NCBI RefSeq assembly: GCF_009914755.1
Contig: NC_060938.1
Source of the DNA: the human T2T-CHM13v2.0 reference genome, Homo sapiens
Direction: 5' to 3' (one strand)
DNA length: 64,000 bases
A model generated the notes under the pieces. It worked only from the letters and a program-made list of their open reading frames with translations, searched no databases and was not told the origin of the DNA. Numbering within the stretch: position 1 is the stretch's first letter; each line of letters begins with the position of its first letter. Shown in pieces: positions 24,571-36,729 of this stretch. The translations under genes and the position numbers were made by a program.

Positions 24571-24963
24571 TGATATGGTTTGGCTCTGTCTCCACCCAAA
24601 ATCTCATCTTGAATTGTAGTCCCCATAATCCCCATAATCCCCATGTATCGGCGAGGGGCGGGGGCGGGGACCAAGGGTGAAGGTAATTGGATCATGGGTA
24701 CGGTTCCCCTCATGCTGTTCTTGTGATAGTGAGTGAGTCTCACAAGATCTGATGGTTTTATAAGCATCTGGCATTTCCCCTGCTTGCACTTCTCCTTCCT
24801 GCTGTCCTGTGAAGAAGGTACCTTTCTTCCCCTTCTGCCATGATTGTAAGTTTCCAGAGGCCTTCCCAGCCATGTGGAACTGTGAGTCAATTAAACCTCT
24901 TTCCTTTATAAATTACCCAGTCTCAGATATTTCCTTATAGCAATGTGAGAACAAATTAATACA
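24571..24963 (+). mobile_element. THE1D-like MaLR LTR
   Basis: TGATATGGTTTGGCTCTGT...AAGCATCTGGCATTTCCCCTGCTTG...GTGAGTCAATTAAACCTC...AATACA. Confidence 0.9.
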
Positions 24964-25516
24964 GTAACTGCTCCTTTTCAGCCTCTTTTGCTGGTTTTTC
25001 TTTCTCTACCTAATTTCCAAATGTTGGCACATCTTGGAATTCAATCTTGAGCTCTTTTCCTTTTCCATCCACACTCCCCGCAAGGTTTTAGTATAACATC
25101 TCCTGATTAAGTCTAACTTGGACCTACCCCACTTAGCTTCTTACTCACCTATCCAGTCCCCTATCAGTTTTTCTCATTTGAATGTCCACATGACTTCTGA
25201 AACTTAATGTGTTACAAATGGAGGGGTTTCTTTCTCTCACAAACCTAGTCTTCTTGAGTATTAACCTTTCCAATAAATGGCATTACCAAACTCTCAGTTG
25301 CTCAAGCCAAAAGTCTAAACATAATACTTGACTTTCCCCATTCCTTCAACTCCCACATTCAATCGCTCAGAATTCTTGTTGGTTCTACCTCAAAAATAGA
25401 TTTAAAATCTGTCCAGTTCTCCCCATCTTCACCACTGCCATGTAGGTCCAACTGGCATCATTGTGCTTAGTCTTGCCCCCTTTCAACCCATTCCCTAGTT
25501 AACAAAATTAGTTTTT

Positions 25517-25790
<274 letters not shown>

Positions 25791-27774
25791 GATTTTTTCA
25801 AATAACATAAACTAGATATGTCACTCTCCTGCTTAAAATTCTTTAATAACTCCCTATTTCTCTTACAATAAATTTTGAACTCACCTTGACCTATAAGTTA
25901 TGTCTAATTTGTCTGCTGCACTTCTCAGATGTATTTTATACCATGCTTCCCTCTCATTCACTGCTTCCTAACCACACTGGCCTTTCTGTTACTCAAATGC
26001 ATGGAGCCATCTTTTGCCTTCAGGCATTCTCATTCACCGTGTCTGAATCCCATTCATTCATTTTCACACAGCCATCTTATATTCAGGGCTCAGCCCAAAT
26101 ATTACCTTTTTTAAGGACCTCTTCTGACCATTCCTTCTAAAGTGTTCCCCCGTTTTACCCTCTATTGCCCCACCTGGTTCTTTCTTCCTAATGCTCATTA
26201 TAATATGTAAATATCTTATTTTTTTTAGCTAGTTGCTTGATTATTATTTGTCCTTCTCCTTTATTGGATTGCAAGCTTTATGAGCAGGGGTCTTATCTGT
26301 CTTGTTCAACTACGCTTGCCACATAGTTGGTGCTCTGCAAATATTTGTTGAATAGATGAATGAATGAGTAAATGATGAGTGAATGTCTCTGGAAATCATA
26401 TTATTCTAGAGCCTCTTCAACATCACTTTGCTTTTACTTTGCTTGAGGATTCTTCTCCCATGTCTGTTACTGATTTCCCAAACAAGAAAAAGTAAAGTTC
26501 TAAGTGCCCAAGTATTCCACTCTGTATAAAGTTTGTAAGCACTATATTTAGAAGAGGTTGGCAAACATAAGCTCTCAAGTTCGATTAAATTCTGGCATGG
26601 TAAAAGTACTAATGGAGACAGTGAGCTCTAGTTGATATCTGGACAGGGAGTTTCTGACCATTTGTATCATATACGTCTATGAAACAGGCAGTTCTTGGAG
26701 CATAAGACATAGCAAATACAATTTAGTACTTTGAGGGAGACTGACTCTTTTAGCCAAGCTGGCTTAGTCTCTTTATTATGAAGAATATTGATCATAAGAT
26801 CCAATTTGATTTGGCCAGTCATGTTATCAAGGAGTAGCCTTGCAAAAATCTCTAGACAGGTAATCTTACTTATGATAAATTAGATCTCTGCTAAGAAATT
26901 CTCTAAGGTATACAAGTACGGCACCAACTAAAGATTGTGATCTGCATCTTAGCCCTAGGCCTATAAATATAACTCAGTCAAGTTCATGTCCACATTTTCA
27001 TGATGTATCCAAATCTGTGTTTTGATTCGGACACTCATAGCATGTCTTTTAAATACAATTCTCAGACCCAAAGAATTTGGTCAAAATGGTCCTACCAATT
27101 TAATGTTCTTCTGTTTTTTAAAAATTATTTTAAGTTAATATACCAAAAATTGACTTTGTTGTATGTATAGTTTTTTATAAATTTAGCACATGTAAAAATT
27201 TATGAAACTACCTCTGCAATTAGGGTACAGAACAGTTGCAGCACCAGAAGACACTGTTGTTCTACTCCCTTTTAGTGACACCCTACACCACCCCAGCCCC
27301 AACAACCACTGATCCATCGCTATAATTCTTTTCTTTTTGAGGATATTATATAAATGGAATGATACAGAACATAGCCTTTTGATACTGGCTTCTTTCACTT
27401 AGCGTAAATACCCTTAACATTCACCCAATTTGCTGCATGCATCAGTAGACTGTTCATTCTTATTGTGAAGTAGTATTTCATTGTATAGCTGCATCTGTTT
27501 ATCCCTTTACCCAATGAGGGACAGTTAGATTGTTTCCAGTTTTAGGTCGTTAAGACTAGAGTTGATATTTACATTTGTATACAGGTTTTTGTGTGAATGT
27601 ATGTTTCATTTCACTACAGTAAACATCTAGGAGTGGGATTGCTGGATCATATGGTAAGCGTATCTTTAACTTTATAAGAAACTGCCAAAATGCTTTTCAT
27701 AAAAGCTGTGCTGTTTGGCATTCTCACAGCAATGTATGAGAGCTTTAGCTGACCCACATGCTTGCAGCACTTAC

Positions 27775-28701
<927 letters not shown>

Positions 28702-29273
28702 TTAATTTTTCTGTGGATTATGTGTTTGGTTCACTTCTAGGAACTCGTTGCCTAACTCCAGATCACAAAGGTTTTCTCCTAAAAATTTTAGATTTCTATT
28801 TTCACCTTTTAACCTATGATACATTTTGAGTTAATTTTTGTGTAAGTTATGAGGCCTAGGTTGAGGTTTCGTATTTTTGCATAAGGATGTTCCAACACCA
28901 CTTGTCAAAAAGACTATCCTTTCTCCATTGAGTTACTTTTACCTTTGTCAAAAATTGGCTATACTTGTATGGCTTATTTATGGATCCTCCATTTTGTTCC
29001 ACTGATCTATATATCTATTTCTGACCAACATTATGTTTTTTTGATTACTGTAGGTTTTACTAATCTTAAATTTAGGGAGTGTTGTTCTTTATTCTTATTT
29101 TTAAAAATTGTTTTGGCTATTCTAGTTGCTTGTCTTTCTGTATAAATTTGAGAATTGGCTTTTATATGCAAAAATCCTGTTGAGATTTTGATAGAAATGG
29201 TATTAAATCTCTAGATTAATTTGGATAGCATTATCATTTTTTACTTTGTTGACTCTTCTAATTCACAAACATG

Positions 29274-29679
29274 GTATATTTGTCTGATTGGGCTGCTGTA
29301 ATGAAATACCATTGACTGAGTTTAGTTTAACAGCAGGAATTTATTTTCTTACAGTTCCGGACACTAGGTGTCCACGATCAAGGTGCCAGTAGGGTTGGTG
29401 TCTGGTGAGGGGTCTCCCCTTAGGTTGTAGATGGCCACCTTCTCATTGGGTCCTTATATGATCTCTTTCTTGTGTATGTGTGGAGAGAGAGAGAGTGGGC
29501 TCACTGGTGTCTCTTCTTATAAGGACACTAATCCTATTGGATCAAGGCCCCACTCTTACGACCTTATTTAACTTTGTTTCCTTAGCGCCCCTCATCTCCA
29601 CAAATATAACCCCTTAAGGGGTTAGGGCTTTAACATATAATTTGTGGTGGGGGTGTACAGAAACATTCAGTTCTTAACA
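29274..29679 (-). mobile_element. MLT1A/MLT1A0 MaLR LTR
   Basis: GGGCTGCTGTAATGAAATACC...GATCAAGGTGCCAG...TCTTCTTATAAGGACACTAATCCTATT...CATTCAGTTCTTAACA. Confidence 0.85.
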
Positions 29680-29967
29680 CACAGTATGTTTCTTCATTTA
29701 TTTAGGTTTTCTTTAATTTCTTCCATTAGTGCTTTGCTTTCAGCATATCTTATATATATTTTGCTAGATTTATAGCTAAATATTTTCTCTTTGGAACTAT
29801 TGTAAATGGCACTGTATTTTTTTTAATTTTAGGTTTTTTTTCATTTTTCTTTAACTTTTATTTTAGGCTTAGGGATACATATGCATGTTTGTTATATAGG
29901 TAAACTTGTGTCACAGGGGTTTGGTGTACAAATTATTTTGTCACCCATGTACTAAACATAGTACTCA

Positions 29968-30332
29968 TGATATGGTTTGGCTGTGTCCCCACCCAAATCT
30001 CATCTTGAATTGTAGCTTCCACAATTCCCATGTGTTCTGGGAGGGGCCCAGTGGGAGGTAATTGAATCATGGGGGCAAGTCTTTCCTGTGCTGTTCTCAT
30101 GACAGTGAATAAGTCTCACAAGATCTGATGGTTTTATAAAGGGGAGTTTCCCTGCGCAAGTTCTGTTATTTTCTCTTGTCTGCCACCACGTAAGATGTGC
30201 CTTTTGCCTTCTGCCATGATTGCAAGGCCTCCCCAGCCATGTGGAACTGTGAGTCCATTAAGCCTTGTTTTCTTTATAAATTACACAGTCTTGGGTATGT
30301 TTTTATCAGCAGTGTGAAAACGGCCTAATACA
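29968..30332 (+). mobile_element. THE1B/C MaLR LTR
   Basis: TGATATGGTTTGGCTGTGTCCCCACCC...CTAATACA; 5-bp TSD ACTCA (29963-29967 / 30333-30337). Confidence 0.93.
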
Positions 30333-31532
30333 ACTCACTAGTTATTTCTTATGCTCTTCTTCATCCTCCCACCGTCTACCTTCAAGTAGGCCCCAGTGTC
30401 TGTTGCTCCTTTCTTTGTGTCCATGTGTTCTCGTTATTTAGCTCCCACTTACAAGTGAGAATGCATGATATTTGGTTTTCTGTTCCTGCATTAGTTTGCT
30501 AAGGATAATGGCCTCCAGCTCCATTCATGTTCCTTTAAAGGATGTGATCTCATTCCTTTTCATGGCTGCATAGTATTCCATGCTGTATATGTACCACATT
30601 TCCTTTATCCAGTCTTGTCATTGATGAGCATTTATGCTGATTCCATGTCTTTGCTATTGTGAATAGTGCTGCAAATTTGAATGCAAACATTTTGAGTGCA
30701 TGTGTCTTTGTGGCAGAATTTATATTCCTTTCAGTATATACTCAATAATGGGATTGCTGGACTAAACGGTAATTCTGTTTCAAGTTCTTTGAGGAATCAT
30801 CATACTGCTTTGCACAATGATTGAACTAATTTACACTCCTGCCAACAGTGTATAAATGTTCCCTTTTCTCCACAACCTTTCTAACATCTGTAATTTTTTG
30901 ACTTTTTAATGATAGCCATTCTGCTTGGAGAGAGATGACATCACATTGTGGTTTTGATTTGCATTTCTCTAATGATTACTGAAATTAAGCATTTTTTTCA
31001 TATGCTTGTTGGCTGTGTGTTTGCTGTCTTTTGAAAAGTGTCTGTTAATGTTCTTTGTCCACTTTTTAATAGGGTTGTTAGTTTTTTGCTTGTAAATTTG
31101 ATTAAGTTCCTTATAGATGCTGGATATTAGGGTTTTGTCAGATGTATAGTCAGATGTATAGATGTATAGGGAAATATTTTTTCCCATTCTGTAGATTGTC
31201 TGTTTACTCCATTGATAGTTTTTTTTTTTTTTTTTTTGCTATGCAGATGCTCTTTAGTTTGATTAGATCCCATTTATCAATTTTTGCTTTGTTGTAATTG
31301 GTTTTGGCATGTTTGTCCTAAAATCTTTGCCTATTCCTATGTCCAGAATGGTACTTCCTAGGTTATCTTCCAGGGTTTCTATAGTTTTACATTTAAGTTT
31401 TTAATTCAGGTTGAGTTGATTTTTGTGTATGGTATAAGGAAGGGTTCCAGCTTCAATTTTCTCTGTATAGCTAGCCAGTTATCTCAGAACCATTTATTGA
31501 ATAGGGAGTCCTTTTCCTATTGCTTGTTTTTG

Positions 31533-32093
31533 TTAGCTTTGTTGAGGATCGGATGGTTGTAGGTGTGCAGCATTATTTCTGGGCTCCCTATTCGGTTCCA
31601 TTGGTCTATGTGTCTGTTCTTCTACCAGTACCATATTGTTTTGGTTGGTTACTATAGCCCTGTAGTATAGTTTGAAGTTGGGTAGCAAGATGCCTCCAGC
31701 TTTGTTCTTTTGGCTGAGGATTGTCTTGGCTATTTGGGCTCTTTTTTGTTTCCATATAAATTTTAAAATAAATTTTTCTAGTCCTGTGAAGAATGTCATT
31801 GGTAGTTTGATAGGAATAGCATTGAATCTGTAAATTGCTCTGGGCAATATGGACATTTTAATGATATTGATTCTTCCTATCCATGAGCATGGAATGTTTT
31901 TCCATTTGTTTGTGTCATCTCTGATTTCTTTGAGCAGTGGTTTGTAATTATCATTGTAGAGATCTTTCACCCCCCTCCCCCTGGTAGCTGTATTCCTAGG
32001 CATTTTATTCTTTTTGTGGCAATTGTGAACAGGATTGTGGTCCTGATTCAGATCTTGGCTTGGATGTTGGTAGTGTATAGGAATGCTACTCAT
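31533..32093 (-). pseudogene. L1 ORF2p C-terminal-half fragment
   Basis: [56 protein letters not shown] is ORF2p; flanked by frameshifts. Confidence 0.9.
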
Positions 32094-33243
32094 TTCCTAC
32101 GTTGATGTTGCATCCTTAAACTTTGCTGAAGTTGTTTATCAGCTTAAATAGCTCTTGGGCAGAAACAATGGGATTTTTCTAGATATAGAATCATATCACC
32201 TACAAACAGGGATAGTGTGACTTCCTGTCTTCCCATTTGGATGACTTATATTTCTTTCTCTTGCCTTATTGCTTTGGCCAGGACTTCCAATACTATATTG
32301 AATAGGAGTGGTGAGACAGTGTATCCTTGTCTTGTGTCATTTTCCAAGGGGGAATGTTTCCAGCTTTTGCCCATTCAGTATGATGTTGGCTGTGGGTTTT
32401 TCATAGATGGCTCTTATTATTTCAAAGTATTGAAATATTCAATGCATAGTTTATTGAGGATTTTAAACTTTAAGGGATGTTGAACTTTACCAAAAGACTT
32501 TTCTGTATCTATTGAGATAATCGTGTGGTTTTAGTCTTTAGCTCCATTCATGTGATGAATCACATTTATTGATTTGCATATGTTGAAGCAACCTTGCATC
32601 CCAGGGCTAAAGCCTACTTGATTGTGGTGGATTAGCTTTTTGACGTGCTGCTGGATCCACATTGCTAGCATTTTGTTGAGGATTTTTGCATTTATGTTCA
32701 TCAGAGATATTCACCTGAAGTTTTCTTTATTTTGTTGTTTCTCTGCCAGGTTTTGGTGTCAGGAAAATGCTGGCCTCACAGAATGAATTGAGGAGGAGCT
32801 CCTCCTCCTCATTTTTTGGAATAGTTTCAGTAGGAATGGTAACAGCTCTTCTTAATACATCTCCTAGAATTTAGCTGTGAATCCATCAGGTCTGGGCCTT
32901 TTTTTTTTGGTTGGCAGGCTCTTTATTACTGATTCAGTTTCAGAGCTCATTATTGGTATGGTCAAGGATTCAGTTTCTTCCTGGTTTAGTCTTGGGTTGA
33001 TGTATGTGTCCAGAAATTTTTCCATTTCTTCTAGATTTTCTAGTTTTGTGCATAGAGGTGTTCATAGGGTCTTTGATGTTTTTTGTATTTCTGTGAGGTC
33101 AGTGGTAATGTCCCCTTTGTCGTTTGTAATTGTGTTTATTTGGATTTTCTCTCTTTTTTCTTTATTAGTCTAGCAATCTATCTATTTTATTAATTTTTTT
33201 CAAAGAACCAACTCCTGGATTCATTTATCTTTCATATGGTTTT

Positions 33244-33831
33244 TCATATCTCAATTTCCTTTAATTCAGCTCTGATTTTGGTTATTTCTTGCCTTCTGCT
33301 AGCTTTGGGATTGTTTTGCTCTTGCTTCTCTAGTTCTTCTAGCTGTGATTTTAGGTTGTTAATTTGAGATCTTGCTAACTGGGGAGGAGCCAAGATGGCC
33401 GAATAGCAACAGCTCTGGTCTACAGCTCCCAGCGTGAGCCACGCAGAAGACGGGTGATTTCTGCATTTCCATTGAGGTACCGGGTTCATCTCACTAGGGA
33501 GTGCCAGACAGTGGGCGCAGGTCAGTGGGCACAGCGCACCGTGCGCGAGCGGAAGCAGGGTGAGGCATTGCCTCACTCGGGAAGTGCAAGGGGTCAGGGA
33601 GTTCCCTTTCCTAGTCAAAGAAAGGGGTGACAGACGGCACCTGGAAAATCGGGTCATTTCTACCCGAATACTGCACTTTTCCAACAGGCTTAAAAAACGG
33701 CGCACCAGGAGATTATATCCCGCACCTGGCTTGGAGGGTCCTATGCCCACGGAGTCTCGCTGATTGCTAGCACAGCAGTCTGAGATCAAACTGCAAGGCG
33801 GCAGCGAGGCTGGGGGAGGGGCGCCCACCAT
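33244..33831 (-). CDS. putative L1 ORF0 extended in frame into host L1 ORF2 (195 aa); translation unproven
   Basis: [29 protein letters not shown]... is the ORF0 N-terminus (M51 of track ORF 33244..33981). It is open through the L1 5' end and TSD into [44 protein letters not shown] (ORF2p-like). Confidence 0.35.
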   Translation of the reverse strand: MVGAPPPASLPPCSLISDCCASNQRDSVGIGPSKPGAGYNLLVRRFLSLLEKCSIRVEMTRFSRCRLSPLSLTRKGNSLTPCTSRVRQCLTLLPLAHGALCPLTCAHCLALPSEMNPVPQWKCRNHPSSAWLTLGAVDQSCCYSAILAPPQLARSQINNLKSQLEELEKQEQNNPKASRRQEITKIRAELKEIEI

Positions 33832-35289
33832 TGCCCAGGCTTGCTTAGGTAAACAAAGCAGCCAGGAAGCTGGAACTGGGTGGAGCCCACCACAGCTCAA
33901 GGAGGCCTGCCTGCCTCTGTAGGCTCCACCTCTGGGGGCAGGGCACAGACAAACAAAAAGACAGCAGTAACCTCTGCACACTTAAATGTCCCTGTCTGAC
34001 AGCTTTGAAGAGAGCAGTGGTTCTCCCAGCATGCAACTGGAGATCTGAGAACGGGCAGACTGCCTCCTCAAGTGGGTCCCTGACCCCTGACCCCTGAGCA
34101 GCCTAACTGGGAGGCACCCCCCAGTAGGGGCAGACTGACACCTCACACGGCTGGGTACTCCTCTGAGATAAAACTTTTAGAGGAACGATCAGACAGCAGC
34201 ATTTGCGGTTCATGAAAAACCACTGTTCTGCAGACACCACTGCTGATACCCAGGCAAACAGGGTCTGGAGTGGACCTCTAGCAAACTCCAACAGACCTGC
34301 AGCTGAGGGTCCTGTCTGTTAGAAGGAAAACTAACAAACAGAAAGGACATCCACACCAAAAACCCATCTGTACATCACCATCATCAAAGACCAAAAGTAG
34401 ATAAAACGCCAAAGATGGGGAAAAAACAGAGCAGAAAAACTGGAAACTCTAAAAAGCAGAGCACCTCTCCTCCTCCAAAGGAACGCAGTTCCTCACCAGC
34501 AATGGAACAAAGCTGGACGGAGAATGATTTTGACGAGTTGAGAGAAGAAGGCTTCAGATGATCAAACTATGAGCTACAGGAGGAAATTCAAACCAAAGGC
34601 AAAGAAGTTAAAAACTTTGAAAAAAATTTAGATGAATGTATAACTAGAATAACCAATACAGAGAAGTGCTTAAAGGAGCTGATGGAGCTGAAAGCCAAGG
34701 CTCGACAACTACGTGAAAAATGCAGAAGCCTCAGGAGCCGATGCAATCAACTGGAAGAAAGGGTATCAGTGATGGAAGGTGAAATGAATGAAATGAAGCG
34801 AGAAGGGAAGTTTAGAGAAAAAAGAATAAAAAGAAATGAGCAAAGCCTCCAAGAAATATGGGACTATGTGAAAAGACCAAATCTACGTCTGATTGGTGTA
34901 CCTGAAAATGATGGGGAGAATGGAACCAAGTTGGAAAACACTCTGCAGGATATTATCCAGGAGAACTTCCCCAATCTCTAGCAAGGCAGGCCAACATTCA
35001 GATTCAGGAAATACAAAGAATGCCACAAAGATACTCCTCGAGAAGGGCAACTCCAAGGCACATAATTGTCAGATTCACCAAAGTTGAAATGAAGGAAAAA
35101 ATGTTAAGGGCAGCCAGAGAGAAAGGTCGGGTTACCCTCAAAGGGAAGCCCATCAGACTAACAGCTGATCTCTCGGCAGAAACTCTACAAGCCAGAAGAG
35201 AGTGGGGGCCAATATTCAACATTCTTAAAGAAAAGAATTTTCAACCCAGAATTTCATATCCAGCCAAACTAAGCTTCATAAGTGAAGGA
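33381..35289 (+). mobile_element. young L1PA3/L1PA4 insertion: full 5' UTR plus most of ORF1, 3'-truncated, no poly(A)
   Basis: Starts GGGGAGGAGCCAAGATGGCCGAATAG; ORF1 ATG at 34415; ends ATAAGTGAAGGA; perfect 15-bp TSD GAGATCTTGCTAACT (33366-33380 / 35290-35304). Confidence 0.95.
34415..35289 (+). pseudogene. L1 ORF1p, disrupted
   Basis: MGKKQSRKTGNSKKQS...EEGFR then a premature TGA; frameshift near 34975; C-terminus truncated. Confidence 0.92.
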
Positions 35290-36715
35290 GAGATCTTGCT
35301 AACTTTTTGATGTGGGTGTTTAGTGCTATAACTTTTCCTCTTAACACTGCCTTAGCTGTGTCCCACAGATTCTGGTATATTGTATCTTTGATCTCACTAG
35401 TTTTGAAGGACTTCTTTATTCTTCTCTAATTTTATTATTCACCCAAAAGTCATTCAGGAGAAGGTTGTTTAATTTCCATGTAATTATATGGCTGTGAGCA
35501 ATTTTCTTAGTTTTGATTTCTATTTTTATTGCATTCTGCTCTGAGAGTGTAATTGGCATGATTTTTAAAAAATTGCTGAGAACTGTTTTATGCCTGACTG
35601 TGTGGTCAATTTTAGAGTATATGCCATGTGGTAATGAGAAGAATGTATATTCTGTTGTTTTTAGGTGGAGAGTTCTGTAGATGTCTACTAGGTCCATTTA
35701 GTTAAGTATTGAGTTCAGGTTCTGAATATCTTTGTTAATTTTCTGCCTCGAGGATCTGTCCAATCCTGTAAGTGGGATGTTGAAGTCTCCCACCATTATT
35801 GTGTGGGAATCTAAGTCTCTTCATAGGTCTCTAAGAACTTGCTTTATGAATCTGTGTGCTCCTGTGTTGGATACATATATACTTAGGATAATTAGGTTTT
35901 CTTGTTGAATTAAGCCCTTTGCCATTATGTAATTTCCTTCTTTGTCTTTTTTGATCATTGTTGGTTTAAAGTCTATTTTGTCTGAAATTAGGATTGCAAC
36001 CCTTGATATTTTCTGTTTTCCATTTGCTTGTGCCATTTTCCTGTCTTTATTCCCTGTCTCTTTCAGGGATGCCAATGAGTCATAGATTTGATCTGTTTAC
36101 ATAATCCCATATTTCTTGGAGGTTTTGTTTATTCCTTTTCATTATTTTTTCTTTATTTTTGTCTGATGGTCTTATTTTAGAAAGCCAGTCTTCAATCTCT
36201 GAGATTCTTTCCTCAGCTTGGTCTATTCTGCTGTTACTACTGCAATTGCATTATGAAATTCTTGTAGTGTATTTTTTAGCTCTATCAGATCAGTTAGGTT
36301 CTTTTTTACACTGTTTTGTCTGTCAGCTCTTGAATCGTTTTATTGTGATCCTTAGATTCCTTTGATTGGGTTTTGATGTTTCCCTTAATCTTGATCTTCA
36401 TTCCTATTCATATTCTGAATTTTATTTCTGTTGTTTCAGCCATCTCAGCCCAGTTAAAAACCCTTGCTGGAAAACTAGAGAGGTTGTTTGGAGGAATGAA
36501 GACACTTTGGTCTTTTGAATTGCCTGGTTCTTTCTCATCTCTGCATGTGGGTGTTCCTTTAACTGTGGTGTAGATTGAGTACACTCAATAGACTTCTTTT
36601 CTGGATGTTTTCAGAGGGTGAGGCTTTGTGCAGGGTCTTTGTAGCGGAATTCTTGTTGGTTTCACAGTGGGTTATGTTTGCAAAGTATTTTTGGTGTTGA
36701 AGTTTGGGGTTTGAT

Positions 36716-36729
36716 CCACTAGGTGGCAC
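36716..36729 (+). promoter_or_regulatory. CTCF core motif CCACTAGGTGGCAC in the old L1 5' UTR
   Basis: Full match to CCASYAGRKGGCRS. Confidence 0.5.

Noticed and set aside
29607-29624. Resemblance to the phage T7 terminator (TAACCCCTT...GAGGGGTT)
   Set aside because: Embedded in MLT1A with no vector sequence nearby; coincidental.
34682-35310. ORF1p-like ORFs as a functional CDS
   Set aside because: An upstream premature stop, a frameshift and 3' truncation make them pseudogenic fragments.
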